Position numbers and translations under genes: made by a program | Shown here: piece by piece, positions 1 through 13,064 of the stretch | Layout of the letters: each line of letters starts with the position of its first letter | Numbering within the stretch: the stretch's first letter is position 1 | Notes under the pieces: generated by a model | The model's input: only the letters and a program-made list of their open reading frames with translations | Told to the model about the DNA's origin: nothing | The model's database searches: none | From: Eledone cirrhosa | Lineage: Eukaryota | DNA: 64,000 nucleotides | Reading direction: 5' to 3' | Assembly: GCA_964016885.1 (NCBI GenBank) | Contig: OZ024745.1 | Location: forward strand, 117,552,001-117,616,000

Positions 1-1170
1 CCTTTTGTACGGAGGGAGAAACCTTTTGTTCTCAACAGTGGGAGTACTTCTCTAATCTTCTCCCATCCTATCCCTATTCTAGCTATTATGCTCATGGCGC
101 ACCCTCCTCTGCTGCTAATTAGGTCGCCTAGATAGCAGAACCACGTCTATGGGTCCTTCCTGAGACTAGTTTATATCATTAGCACTCTTCCTCTCAATTT
201 CTCCTGTGCATCTTCTACATGCAAAGTTCTCCCTTCCTGTTAGTCTACTCGTTATCCCACTACATATTTTGTGTACATTGTATGGAGTTTATGCCTACTC
301 CCTTTCTGCATATTAAGCATGGCCACTTCCCTGAGGAAATCTGGGTCCTGTCTTCTCTCCTACTCACTAGCACTTTAGTTTTGGCTAAATTTACTCTCAG
401 ACTTTTTGATTCTAAATTTAGTTTCCATAATCGGAATTTATTCTCTAGTTCTCTTTTGGTTTTAGCTATGACCAAATCATCTGCATAGAGAAGTTCCTAT
501 GGGCTGGCCATTTTAAAATCCTCTGTTATGGCCTGAAGAACTATGATGAACAGCAGTGGGTTAAGAACTGAACCTTGATGAACTCCTACCTGTACCTTGA
601 ATTCCTCACTAAACTCATTTCCTACTCTCACTTTACTGACATTTCCTCAGTATATAGCTTGCACTGCTCTCACAAACCATTCTTCTATGCCTAATTTCCT
701 TAAGGACCACCAGATAATAGATCAAAGGCCTTTTCTAAATCAACAAAAGCTAAATATAGCAGCTTATTTTTGGCTAGGAACTTCACTAAGAAGTGGGCAT
801 CTATAGTACTTTTCCCAGGCATGAAACCAAACTGCATCTCATCTAATTTGACTCTTTCCCTAATTAGCTGTGGTATAACTCTTTCTGTCACTTTCATAAC
901 TTTCCTAACATCACATGTCCATACTATCACAGTCTTCTCTCAACTTGTCTATGCTATGCCATTCATACACACTAACATTACACGTCCACTGGAGCATGCT
1001 TGCTTCATTTCTTTCTGGTATTCTGTAGTCAAGGTCCATGTCTCACTGCCTTATAGTATTGCAGTTTGTATGCAGGTGTCATACAGTCAACCCTTCATTT
1101 GAGAGTGAAGCCTTTTGTTATCAGCAGAGGTTCAAACTACTTAAACCCCTTCTGGCCCATTCTCTTATTT
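1..1170 (-). mobile_element. Decayed RTE-clade LINE, reverse-transcriptase region
   Basis: Minus-strand ORF fragments QFGFMPGKSTIDA...LYLAFVDLEKAFD and LRVNLAKTKVLVS...SGKWPCLICRKGVGINSIQCT. Minus-strand QGSVL and YADD motifs are also readable (~470-580). Frameshifts and stops are present. The ~920-1170 piece is a rearranged C-terminal part. Confidence 0.9.
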
Positions 1171-1172
1171 AC

Positions 1173-1390
1173 TAAAGAATTCTATATCAACTAAAGTACA
1201 ATCGTTGACATTTACTCATTGTCTCATTCACCACTACTTCAGAAAATATATTGATGATTATACTTCACTGGTGATGTTAGAAGCCGCCTGAAACATGTCA
1301 GGAGTTCTCTTCCTTACTTGCCAGAATAATAATAGTATTATTCATGACTATTGTTGTTTTCCCTCATTGCATAAATATTTCAACTTAGCT
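1173..1390 (+). mobile_element. Penelope-like terminal repeat remnant with degenerate hammerhead (CTGGTGA...GAAACATGTC)
   Basis: Inverted, diverged copy of 1795-2020. Core variant CTGGTGA at 1268-1274 and GAAACATGTC at 1290-1299. Confidence 0.55.
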
Positions 1391-1794
1391 ATATTATTGC
1401 TACCCAAATTAATTATAGTCACACTAACTTACCTTTGTGTTTCATTTGAATAGCATCTCTGAATTGTAAAATGCATGTGTTCTTGCATTGCAAAGAATTT
1501 GGTTTGTTTACAACAAAATATTTCTTACAGCAACATTTGCAGGACACCTCAATAAATAATCATCAAATTCTTTCTGTCTGTGATTGTAACAATGCTAATA
1601 TTTATATTGTTATTGAACTCCAGATAGAGGAAACTTCCCCACATACATCTGCATGTATGCATATCCAAAGAAGAAAATAATATTAAAAAGTCATTACAGA
1701 GATGTTTGATGCCAAAGAGTAATCAATATAGAAAGAGGTTAAAGAATCAATAAACGTAATTAGTGTAAATATATTTAATGCAGATTGCATTAAA

Positions 1795-2020
1795 AAGCTA
1801 ATTTGATTATGCAATGAGGAAAAAAACAATATTAGTCATTGACTAATATTGTTTTTTCTGGCAAGTATGGGAGAGAACAATCTCTGACATGTTTCAGTCT
1901 TATTCTGACCTCTTCAGTAAAGTATAGCCATCAATATATTTACTAAAGCAGTGATGAAATAATCACTACGTAAACGTACAAGATTCTGTATTGATTAGCA
2001 GAGGAAAATAGAATTCTTTA
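1795..2020 (-). mobile_element. Penelope-like terminal repeat remnant with minimal hammerhead core
   Basis: Minus strand reads CTGAAGA-GGTC-AGAATAA-GACT-GAAA-CATG-TC (+ coordinates 1886-1917). It also contains a perfect palindrome with 18-bp arms at 1821-1857. Confidence 0.6.
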
Positions 2021-2432
2021 ACAACTATTTCTGACCTGCATGAAAAGCAATATCTTATAGATGTATTTTTGTTAACTTAGAAATTATAGAGGGAGTAAAG
2101 AGAAAGAAAGATATTAGGGGTGGGATACTTTCATCTATATGTCCCTTAGATTGAACAGTATTCCATATTTGATAAGTTTGGAGATATAAAAGGAAATATA
2201 TTTTATCTACCTTAGAATACAGACTTAGTGAAACCTCACTCTTTTCTGACTAGTAAACATCATTCTGTTGTGTGAAATGGGATACACTGAGCAACAGATC
2301 TATTTTATATTTTATATGTGAAATATTCACACAAGGAATACAAATGAAATTTTTTTTTTCTCTATCATGCAATAGTATTTACTTTGGATTTTTTCCTAGA
2401 TTCCCATCTCATAGCTTTTAATTGTGTTTCAG

Positions 2433-2516
2433 ACGACAAAGCGACGGGCCAGCGTTGCAGCGGTCTCTAAGAATCCTGCCCCAGTTGGGCCTGTACCTGG
2501 CAACCAAACATCCATG
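2433..2516 (+). CDS. Internal coding exon of unidentified host gene (TTKRRASVAAVSKNPAPVGPVPGNQTSM)
   Basis: Acceptor ttgtgtttcAG and donor GTatgt. 84 nt, phase 0-0, GC-rich relative to its flanks and open. Confidence 0.75.
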
Positions 2517-2894
2517 GTATGTATTTTTATAGTTCCTTCTAAATGTATTGCATTTGTTTTAAATTTCACTTTAAAGATGCCAGCTGCTAATCAGTACAAA
2601 TTGTATATTTTTTATCACACAAGATAATTGAAAATCACAAGCAACTAACAGCACTAGTTAAAAATGTTATCAATTTTTAGATAAATTCCATTTTAAGGTT
2701 TTAAAAATCAATATTTATTAGACTTACTGTAGGAACAAATTTTATTCAATATTAATGAAATCTCTTTGTCATTATACACTTCATTTATTTAAAATTATAT
2801 TTACAGCTTTTCATGACTTTAATGTGCAGCAGATAAGGTGGAGTTATATGGGACCAAAAAGGATAGACTATAACTAAAGCATAGTAAATAATAT

Positions 2895-3180
2895 CTTCTT
2901 CTTTTCTTCTTCGCCAACTTATTCCTGGGAGGGGAATGGGGGCAGAGTCCTCAAACACTGCTTCCAGCAGGTCCTGTCTGAAGCAACTGTCTCCAACTGC
3001 TCCAGCTGGATCCCCAAGCAAGTCCAGCCAAGCTCATGGATGTTATCCAACCATCTTGCTCAGGGTTTACCCCTGGGTCTCCTGCCAGTTGGTTTTGCCC
3101 ATAAAATATATGCAGCGATTCTTTCCTGAGACATTCGGAGAAGTAGTGGCTCTACTTGGAGCGACTCTCTGATCTCTGAG
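2895..3180 (-). mobile_element. 3' end of a second RTE-like LINE family (..GKPLSKMVG / WLDNIHELGWTCLGIQLEQL.., (GAA)n-like tail)
   Basis: Homologous to 17105-17260, 22600-22823 ([13 protein letters not shown]) and 30670-30800. Confidence 0.75.
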
Positions 3181-3623
3181 CTATGCTCTCTCTCGAGTAA
3201 TGTTATTCCAAAGACATGAGAAAAATATCCAACCTACCCTTCAACAGGGACATATTCAAATGAACAGTACCTTATTACAATGTTGAATTAAAAAAATCAG
3301 CAACCAATTAACTCACACCTCTACACATCACTGCACTCTAAACATTAACACTTGACCAAGATTGACCAATGAAAATCAAATACAATGTGTTAATCATTCA
3401 ACCTTCCAGAACTTCTAAACTAAGTTTACCTATTCATCTTTTTGTTGTCTGAAGGAATGCAAATTGTGAAAAATTCTAAATAGCAGTGGAGTGAATCATT
3501 GTCTTTGAATGAACATATGTATATATAAATTAAGTCATCCATGTTTGTCCCATTATTGGGTAAAAGTCAATAATTTCAACTTCAAGTGTTCAATCTCCAG
3601 TTTTTTTTTAAAAGGTTTGTGTC

Positions 3624-3752
3624 TACTTGGACACTTACAGATGTGACAGACACTTACAGATGTGTCTACTTGGACACTTACAGATATGATGCTTGGACAC
3701 TTACAGATGTTATGCTTGGACACTTACATATGTGACGGACACTTACAGATGT
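3624..3752. repeat. Short irregular minisatellite, core GACACTTACAGATG, ~6 copies of 18-23 bp
   Basis: Repeated core seen directly. Confidence 0.85.
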
Positions 3753-3799
3753 AACATGTACTTTGTTAATGAACGATGACTATATGGCACCCTTTTATT

Positions 3800-4080
3800 T
3801 ACATTGGGAAAAATAAAGTTAGGTACTTTTTCGACAGATCTCATATATATGTGTGAGGGGTGGGTGTCCTTGACAACAAAGGGATCCTCCTTCTCAACGA
3901 AGAGTAGATGCTGCAGTGCATGTGTAAAAAATACAATTTTGTATGGCTGTAAGACATGGAAATTAAATGCAGAGAATGTACAAAGGCTGGAAAGAATTGA
4001 AGTGAGCATGCTCCCAGGATGTATAATGTTAGTGTGCATGAACAAGAAGTGTGCATGAACAAGAAGTGTGCTCTAAGTAT
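3800..4080 (+). mobile_element. RTE LINE C-terminal fragment
   Basis: SLTTKGSSFSTKSRCCSACVKNTILYGCKTW..RLERIEVSML, matching the RTE 'LYGSETW' region. Confidence 0.8.
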
Positions 4081-5615
4081 GTTTGTGCAGCACTTTACCT
4101 CTTTTTATTATGTCTATTACGTGTGGTTGGAATGTTATATAGGTGTTGTATGTGTCTCCAAATATTGGGTCGTCAAGTATGAAATTTATAGAAATTTGTT
4201 TTTTCTTCTACAAATTTCATACTTGACGATCCAATATTTTTTATCAAATAAAACACATATATGCTATTATATCCCTTCTCTTTGTAAAACAAAAACTCAT
4301 TGGTTTCCTACACACCCTAAACATAATAGACAGGTGTCTATGAGATTGTTTCATTATGGTCCTTTATCCATTGTTTGGTAAATATTTAAAAAAAACATCT
4401 TTTTAAGGCTCAGGTGCTAGCAGGTTACATATGTCCTATATTAGAATACTGTTCACATACACGATATTTGTCTACCCATCATATGCATTATAGACTGTCC
4501 TGAAAAGCTACTTGTATTGAACAAGCCAAACATTAACTGCCTCTATTATAATGGTATCTGTTTTCCATAAATTAATAATTCTATGTTTGTCTATTTAAAT
4601 CTATCTCTGCTGATCTAAATTTAATCATCATCACCATCATCATTCAACATCCATCTTCTACTCTAGCATAGAAGATGTACATTAATCTAAATTTAATCAT
4701 TTCCATCATACTGTGTCTCATTTTTTCATAGTAATTTGTACCATTCTGCTGCATTACTCTAAAGCTTCTCTCTGCTTATTTTCTCCTAGAATTTATAAGA
4801 ATTCAAACTTACATTAAATTTATTCTGTTTACCCTATCTTCAAGTCTGAGAGGATAAAATGACAAAGGACATTGCTCCATCTCCTTCAATATAGAAAAAA
4901 TGAACAACAATTCAACTTAAATTACTATAATTACCTCTATCTAATAATTTTATGAAGGTATAAAAAGGCTAGAGGTATAGCTCTTCTTCCTCAGTTTAAA
5001 TATTCTGCATTTTAAATATTCTGTTTAAGCTGCTTGTAAATATTTTTCAATTCATCTGCTGTAAAATGTATTTGTATGTTTCTATTCCTAGAGGTGAACT
5101 GGTGGTATTATTTTTTTAAATCATCATCATTGTTGTTAGTTTACTTCCATTTTTCCATTCTGGCATGGAGTGGACTGGTTGTCACAGTCTGAGATGTGAT
5201 GATCTTGCTCAAATGCTTCATTTTTAGCATGGTTTCTACTGCTGGATGCTCTTCCGAATGACAACTTTATTGGGTGTACTTTATTGTATTATGAAAATAT
5301 AATTGAATATTATTGGAATTAACTTATTCATCCAGCAAAACTACTTGCTTTTATTACTCTGAAGTAAAAATAATGTAAATGTTTTATTTAGGAGTTTAAA
5401 GTGCTTCATTATTAACTGCATGATGATGAGTTTAAAGTTTTCTATAGTCTTTCATCAAGACATGTGATTGTTTTCCTTGGTCTGTATGTGGGACAACAAA
5501 CAAGTTTCATTTCTTCCTATCAATTTTAGTTAACTGCAGAAAAAGTACCCAGTTGTCAAAACAATTTCTCCAGCAGTTTACAATATCTAAATTTTCTAAA
5601 ACCATTGGTATAGGT

Positions 5616-5984
5616 CAATGATTCCCAATTTGAATATTTAAGGGGACCATTTGAAAATGATGTTAATGAGAACAAACCTCAGGTTTTACTTTATTACTTT
5701 GACACCAAGGCAACTTTGGTGCACATTACTATCAGAAATTCCTGTCTCACCTCCTCTACACATTATTGTGCATTTGACACCACCTACACCAAGGCAACTT
5801 TGGTACACATTACTGTCAGAAATTCATGGCTCACCTCTTCTATACGTTATTGTGCATTTGACACCACTTATACACTTTGTTTACACTTAGCAGTTGATCA
5901 TTGCTATTTCCATGTCAAAGAGAGACCTAACAATATTTTAGATGTTGAGGTAGGGCATGGTGCTCAAAAGGTTAGGAACCACTG
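5616..5984. mobile_element. hAT (Charlie/MER5-like) MITE with an internal 84-bp tandem duplication
   Basis: Ends CAATGATTCCCAA / TTAGGAACCACTG. 8-bp TSD gtataggt (5608-5615) / ctataggt (5985-5992). Duplicated units start at 5702 and 5786. Confidence 0.75.
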
Positions 5985-7049
5985 CTATAGGTAAATCACT
6001 ATAAAACTAGAGCTTATTTTATCAATTATTTCTTCAATAAATATTTGCTATATATTGATTTCTAGTTTAGGTAAAGACCAACAATTTTTTGAAGAAGAGC
6101 AAAGTTAATTAAATCAATCTCCAATATTTGACTGGTACATTATTTTATTGATCCTGTAGGGATGAAAGGTTAAGTTGGATCCAGCAAGATTTGAACTGAA
6201 AATGTAAAGAGTCAGAATAAATGCATCAATATCATTTCATCTGCCAATCCACTACCCTCAATATTAGCTATATATTTTCAGGCTGTTTTCTGAATATTTT
6301 GTCTACCTAACAATTGTATGCACTCAGTTAATTCCTCCTCCCATTTTTATTCACTTGCCTGCCTAGTGGATAATGTTCCCTTCTCAAATATGAGAGTATA
6401 TAAGAATATTGTCCAAATATACATTGCTTTGCCTTTGCTCTCTTTAGAAATCCACATTTGTATTCTTTAAACACAAACTTCATTATGTTTTCCTAATTAC
6501 TGTGAGTTTTTCTTATGTTTTTCTGTAGAACCTTTGTTCGAGATGTGTATTCATTAAAACAAAGACAAATTTGCATTTTTTTAAAATCTTATGGATGAAA
6601 TATTTTTCAGTTTTAAAATTATTAACAAGTTGGTTTATTTCAGTCTTTTCTTTTGTTATTGTTTTTGTTGTATTTTTTTTTTCTTCTTCCCTATTTTAAC
6701 AGGTTATCATCACTTAATTTTAAGGAATATTCTGTCAAAAGTCTATAGCATTATATAAAGTTTTGTTATATTTCAGTTCACAAAGTGTTTTCTAGTCTGG
6801 AAAAAAAACTATTTTTATCTTTACATTAAATTTGATTACTTTGTAAATTTTTCAGAAAATATTAATCTAATGAAGATGCATGCTACAATGCAAGAATGTT
6901 TGATTATTTTTTCTAAATATTCTATATTGGAATTATTGTATTTCATTAAACAGTACCAATGTTGAAACCACCTTGGATTTCAGATACAAAACTGTTCATT
7001 TTAAAGTGTTTATCTACTATATAAATTGGAAGTGGTGGACATTGTATAT

Positions 7050-8025
7050 TTAAGTAAGTAGGTGTAGTCGGATAAACGTCGGAACGGCTTGGTGGAATGC
7101 AGCGAAAATTTACACAGTTATGCAGAATGACCCAAAGAGGCGTCGGGTCGACTTTTAGGGTTCAAGCTTCCATGGTTACGGAGAAAATCGATGAAACAGG
7201 AATTTCCCATTCAAATTGAACTGAGAGTAATCTGTGAACACAGAAGTCAATATTTCGAGAAACGTTCCAACCAAACGAAAACAGGAAGACGATATTTTGG
7301 TTCGTGAAGACGTTCCCTGGCAATGAACGGGGAAAAAAGCGAGGATAATACGTCGTTATGTGGAGTGAGAAGAACAATTTCATGCAAAGACAAGACCAAG
7401 TTTATGGTATAAATGGAGTCGTTAGACTAATATTCTATTTAACATAACAGAATGATTTCCAGCCCCGGAATTTAAGAATGATGTAAATAAAATTGAAAAC
7501 TAAAATGACAGAGGTTATTAAAATAGTAAAAGTAAATAGTGAAGATTTAGGCCAGTACGCCCCGATGGACATACACATACATACGCACACACAAATACAT
7601 ACCCCCCCACACACACACACACACACACCCGAGCGCGCGCGCGTGTATAAACATTATGCATTTCTACAGCATTTTCACCAAACTTAAGACATAGGTTACT
7701 TATGTACTCCGGATGGTCATGGCACTTTCATTTTTACAGATATTGATTATAGGGCCCCCCGGCAAATAACCCCCTTTAACCACTTCCTTGGAGTCGACTG
7801 AAGAACTGCAGTGCAATGCAACAAAATGTCATAACTTCTGGAGTTCGCAACCGATTTTCACAAAACTTGACACATGGGCTACGTTCGTCATACAGATGAA
7901 TGTGAACTCTCAGAATTGGCACATATTGAGTTGGGGACCCCTGGGGGCAGGAACCCTCTTTTGGAAAAAGCCGATGATTTTGTAAAAGTATAGTTTTCGA
8001 AGTAGCACTGAAGTATTGACATAAA
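7050..8025. mobile_element. CpG-rich non-autonomous element, Helentron/DINE-1-like
   Basis: Abrupt GC/CpG enrichment, motif ATAACTTC..CCGATTTTCACAAAACTTG, short GC palindromes and an internal (CA)n tract. Boundaries are approximate. Confidence 0.45.
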
Positions 8026-8741
8026 TGATATACACAACTGCTATTTAATACCTCTGCTAGTCCTTATATAAAAACCTTTAATCATCATTTTATTTTAGAA
8101 ATTTTTCTTAAGTAATCTTCTAAATATCAGCTTATGAAAAGCTTAGTTCTTTTATTCAATTCCTCGTAATTTTTAACACATAGGCAATGTATTTCATTAG
8201 AAATATGGTAATGAAAGGGTTCAAGTTTCAAATGGTTTTGATAATAAAGTTCTATCTATCTGTCTGTGTGTTCAACTGTGTTCAACCATAATTACATGTT
8301 GATAATAATCAGATAAAAAAATCGTTCATTTTCTCTCTCTATCTATCTATCTCTCCCCTTCTCTCTTCCTCTCTCTCTCTCAACATTAGACAGTGATCAT
8401 TGGGACTAATCATGTCCTTATTGGAAATGATTTCACTAGGTTGTCTGACTAATGTTGTTTTAAAATATCTTGTTATAAGATTTTTTAAGTTTCAAACCAT
8501 TTAAAACATTTTTGTTTCCAAGGGGAATGAAACACAGCCATAATTATAAGAAATTTAAAGATGAACAGGTAATAATAACGAAATATTGTATTAGTTTCTT
8601 TTACTTTTTAAGCAGATGCATTAATCAGATATCTTAATACAAGTCATATTTTAATACTAGCTAGATGTTATTTATAGATGTATGAAGAATGTGAGTGATT
8701 TGATAATTGAATATATAAAATATATAATGGATTCAATTAAA

Positions 8742-8776
<35 letters not shown>

Positions 8777-8879
8777 TCTATCAAAATATATATTTTAATT
8801 AAAATTATAGTTTTGAAGTTAATTTTACCTTAGCTTTTTAGTTGAAAGGTTTTCTTTTAATTTACTCATATGCCCCCAC

Positions 8880-9063
8880 TCCCTCCATTGCAAAGTGGTC
8901 GTGGAGGTGTCACGACAAAAAAGCACCCAACACTCACTGTAAATGAGGTTGGTGTTAGGAAGGACATCCAGCTGTAGAAATCAAGCCAAAATCAGTTCCC
9001 ATATGAGCGAGACAAGGTCACCCGTGGAAGAATGGACGTAAAACAGCGATGATGATGATGATG
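8880..9063 (+). mobile_element. RTE-tailed SINE-like element (47-bp-repeat head, GGAAGGGCATCCAGC core, (GAT)n tail)
   Basis: Same family at 11370-11460, 11640-11810, 20945-21110(-), 27800-28032, 31050-31300, 39740-40007(-), 40290-40839(-), 47485-47650(-) and 49790-50048. Confidence 0.8.
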
Positions 9064-9099
9064 ACACACTCACATATTCATCTTTATGTGTATGTATGG

Positions 9100-9427
9100 A
9101 CCCATAACTCCAGAGGGAGTTGAAGGGACACCATATTGACATACAGCATTTCTAGGGCATCTTTTAACCTGGCAGATCCCATCTCCTCTCTAGGTCTGAC
9201 TACAGCAGATTTCTTCTAGAGAAGGATAGAGACTGAGAGAAAGGAAATGAGAAAGTGATATAGAAGAAGAATTGACCCCAGTACTAGACCGGTACATTTT
9301 ATCAACCTTAAATGGATGAAAGGCAAAGTTGACCTCAGTGGGATTTTAACCCAGTGTGTAGAGTCAGCACGAATACTGCAAAGCATTATATTTGATGTTG
9401 AAATAACTCTGCCAATTCACTGCCTCT
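9100..9427 (-). mobile_element. SINE with the common tRNA-like head and an alternative 3' tail
   Basis: Homologous to 29495-29780(-) and 45788-46040(+). Confidence 0.7.
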
Positions 9428-9648
9428 TTATATGTAAGCAGTATTAATGAAATGAATAGTTGAATGTATCTTGCAATATCCAAAGTTTGTCAAAAAATAC
9501 TTTCAGATATGAAAGCCAATCTCTAAAATATGTAAGATGTCACCAGCAAAGAATGGCAAAATAAATTAGTTACAAAGCAATATATAATGGCACTGGTATC
9601 TTAGTAATCTCATACATTAAGTTGTGCACTAAGCAGCTGAAGTATACA

Positions 9649-9764
9649 ATAAAGTTATATCTGTATATGTACAGTATAGAGGTAACTGAAACTGCACAAT
9701 TATGCAGTCACAGTTACTTCTATACTGTATATATATATATATATATATACAGATATAACTTTAT
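9649..9764. repeat. Imperfect palindrome / fold-back hairpin (~50-bp arms)
   Basis: ATAAAGTTATATCTGTATA..CAGTATAGAGGTAACTG..CTGCA is mirrored by TGCAG..CAGTTACTTCTATACTG(TA)nCAGATATAACTTTAT. Confidence 0.85.
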
Positions 9765-9961
9765 ACATTAATTGTTTTGCAATTAAGTATTTTTGAACTT
9801 TTTGCTTTGAGAGTTATTACTGCAGATTATCATTATTCTAAAAAATGGTGGTGTATTTCTGGATGGTGCTGCAACTTCTTTGTATCTTTGGAGTTCCTTT
9901 GTGTTATAACTGGAATTCCTTTACATTGATATAGCAGCACATTTCATTCATTTATGGGTGT

Positions 9962-10235
9962 GGAAGTGTGTGGCCTACTGATAAGGATGTTGGACCTATG
10001 GTCATAATGTTGTGGGTTCGATTCCTGGGCTGAGTCGTGTGTTGTGTTCTTGAGCAAAACACTTCATTTCACATTGCTCCAGTATACTCAGCTGAAAATG
10101 AGTACCAGCAATAGCTGCAATGGACTAGCATCCTGTCCAGTGGGGAGTCTTGTACTCTCAGTCGCTTCACACTACAAAACTAGGATAAGCACCAGCCTGA
10201 TGAGCCTCCTGGCTTGAGACAGACTTTAGACTTAG
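9962..10235 (+). mobile_element. tRNA-derived SINE
   Basis: A box TGGCCTACTGATAAGG, B box GGGTTCGATTCC, body TTCTTGAGCAAAACACTTCATTTCACATTGCTCCAGT. Related copies at 21120-21282(-) and 41200-41275(-). Confidence 0.8.
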
Positions 10236-10715
10236 ATTGTTTGGAGGGCGATATCCCTGGGTGACACCAGGCACCATGAATTATAGGATTGTAAAGTATT
10301 ATATCCTTATGATTAAAATTACCCATCATCAGCCATTGATTATTCAAACGTAAAATATTTAAGTAAACCAAATAGAATTTAATAAACTTTGATAAAGTCT
10401 TTAACTATTTTTATACCAATTAAACTGATTCTATTGACTTTTAACTAGATATTAAAATTTTAATTTTTGAAGCTGATGTTAAGACATTGTTTATAGAAAT
10501 CTCATCCTGTCATAAATATTGCTTTAGAGTCTTGACTTAAAGTTATATAACTTCAGGGGAAAAAAAAGACATTAGATTTTAATTTATTCTGAAACCTAGT
10601 AAAAATCATGTTAAACAATTTTAAAGTATCATTTTTAAACTAAGTCACGAGCAAAGTTCCTCGTACTGCATAAATAACCTCCATCACAGTTTTTTCATTG
10701 AAAGCTTCTTTTTTT

Positions 10716-10772
10716 ATGGAATGCAAGCAAACTGGAATAAAGGAAAAGTGCACTGAGCACAAAGAGAATGAG
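10716..10772 (+). CDS. Possible alternative first coding exon (MECKQTGIKEKCTEHKENE)
   Basis: ATG-initiated 19 codons ending at a strong GAG/GTAAGT donor in phase 0, compatible with the exon at 23930. Confidence 0.3.
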
Positions 10773-11253
10773 GTAAGTTTTGAGGTATCAGCACTCTTTC
10801 TAATAGAATCAGATTCTTGTAGATTATATTTCTCAAGAAATAATTGAATCTACTAGAAATGAAATGCATCCAACTTGGTAGATGTAAACATTTAGTTTAA
10901 TCTTAGCTAGTTATGATCTTTAGTTGTCACCAAATTATATCTGCATGTCATTTTACTTGCTTTATGACATTTTCTTTTAATTTTTTTTTTCCAACATAAT
11001 TTGCTGTTACTTTATTGAAAATTATACCACATTATTAATCTTTATTCCTAGCATGTTTTTATGGAATATAATATCAAGAAAAATTTCAGCTGTCTCAGTT
11101 TAGTATAAACCCTCACAAAATTTGATTATTGTATTTTTCTCTCAAGTTAATTTATCAATCTAGAAATCTAGAAATAACAGTTATTATTTACAAATCCCGC
11201 ATTAAATGGAACAAAACCGTCTATCCCATGCTAGCATGGAAGATGGATGCTAA

Positions 11254-11291
<38 letters not shown>

Positions 11292-12304
11292 AGCTTTTTA
11301 AAATCAAAGAAAAAAAAAATTAGTTATCAACCATAACCTGAAGGAGATGGGCTCTTTAGTTTAGACAATTAGTGCTGGTGCCATTAAAAGATGCACCCAG
11401 TACACCCTGTAAATTGGTTGGTATTAAGAACATCCAGCCATAGAAAATTTGCCAAACAAAGAGTCAATAAGACTTTTTAGTTAAGTCAAAGTCTTATCAG
11501 CGTCCCTAGTGCTGATGCAACAATAAAATACAGCCTGGAAAGTACAGAAATAGATGTAAGTAAGATGCAGGCCCCCAGCCCATCTGAGGGTTCAGTGACA
11601 TCTGTGATGACCTGTCCAACTCTTGCCAGTAGGCAATGATGAAATGAGGTTAGTGTTAGGAAGGGCATCCAGCTGTAGAAACCAAGCCCAAATCAGTTCT
11701 GTATAAGCAAGGCATGGTCACCTGACCTAGCATTGCCTCCAACAGGACAACTCGTCTAACCCATGCTAGCATGGAAGAATGGATGTAAAACAGTGATGGC
11801 GATGATGGTATCATCATCATTTACCATCCATTTTCCATACTATTCCACACTGACAATACTTTATTCATCAAAGATAAATTATTGTATCGATGTATGAAAC
11901 TAATTAGGTTTTTATTTTTTTACTAAACCTAATTCTGGACATTGCTGAGATAGGAAACATTGTGTTTGTAAGTTTTATAAAAGGAGATATAAATATAGAA
12001 ACACATATGGCATATTATTATAGCAGATAAGCAAACATTTGTGATAATAGTCAGAAAAAAAGTGAAACAATCTAAGACAATAATAAACAATTCTCATGTG
12101 CAATGTTATATCACCTGTGAAAAGATATAAAAAAGAAATGAATTAAGTTTAGAAAATCTCACTCTACAATAAAATGTATTCATTTATTTTGCCTGAAACT
12201 GCTTTATATGGCAGTGTTGTTTATATTTCAGGGTCGTAATATTCTTTGCATCTTTTATAATATTTGAAGCAATTTTTTCAGATGAAGACCACATTTTGAA
12301 AATA

Positions 12305-12614
12305 TACTCTCAGGTCTCAAATAATGCCTCACCTCCATCTTCGTCGTCATCCCTATTAGATTTTGCTTAAATTTCATTTTAAGTGGTAGCATTCCTGCAA
12401 CAATTAATTTTCTTTAGACATTAAAAAACATTTTACATGAAAAAAAAGAACATTACAAGAAATCCCATATGTTATAAAATAAATAGGATGGGTTGGGGTC
12501 TCAATATGTAAACCAAACGACTAATTCCAGTTTTTAAAATAAATCAAGGCAGTCAACCTAGAAAAATTATCGATTTTTCACCCAACTCCTAATATTATTT
12601 GGGACCCAAGGGTA
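12305..12614. mobile_element. TA-flanked MITE (Tc1/mariner-like), TIR CTCTCGGGTCTCAAATAAT
   Basis: TIRs at both ends. Sister copies at 17901-18249 and 33965-34287. Confidence 0.8.
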
Positions 12615-12869
12615 TGTACTTGTCTAATCCTAGTCAATGTATATCAGCTTATTAATTGCTATACTTCTAATTAACAATAAAGCAACAATGTAAAACAAGG
12701 ATTTCATTTTAAACCATTACATTAGAAATTATGTCATGCTTTAGATGAATCATAGTTTGATCAAAATGTATTTTCTTAGTGTGACATCTAAAGTCACATT
12801 AAGAAAGTTTTCCTCATATTAAATAACATTTTCAGAACTAATAATAAAATGAATATAACAAATATATTT

Positions 12870-13064
12870 TTAACCCTTTAGCATTTACATTACTATATAT
12901 TCAAGATAAAGGCTTTACCTCACATAATATTGAATCTATGATATTTTGATATTATTTATTTTAAGAAGAATACCTTAACATCAGTATGAGTGGCTAGTTA
13001 CAACCGGTTTGAACAGAAATAGGTGAGAAAATTCTGGCCGGATACAGCCGGTTTAAATGCTAAA
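12870..13064. mobile_element. piggyBac-type MITE family A (~220 bp)
   Basis: TTAA-CCCTTTAGCATTTA...TAAATGCTAAAGGG-TTAA ends. Copies at 14878-15107, 19447-19663 and 41465-41710 (reverse). Confidence 0.8.

Noticed and set aside
9962-10035. tRNA gene
   Set aside because: A/B boxes run into a SINE body, with no complete cloverleaf or terminator.
10190-10230. Hammerhead-like CTGATGA-GCC-TCCT-GGC
   Set aside because: It is followed by TTGAGAC rather than GAAA, has no stem III or stem I closure, and lies in the 3' tail of a tRNA-SINE.
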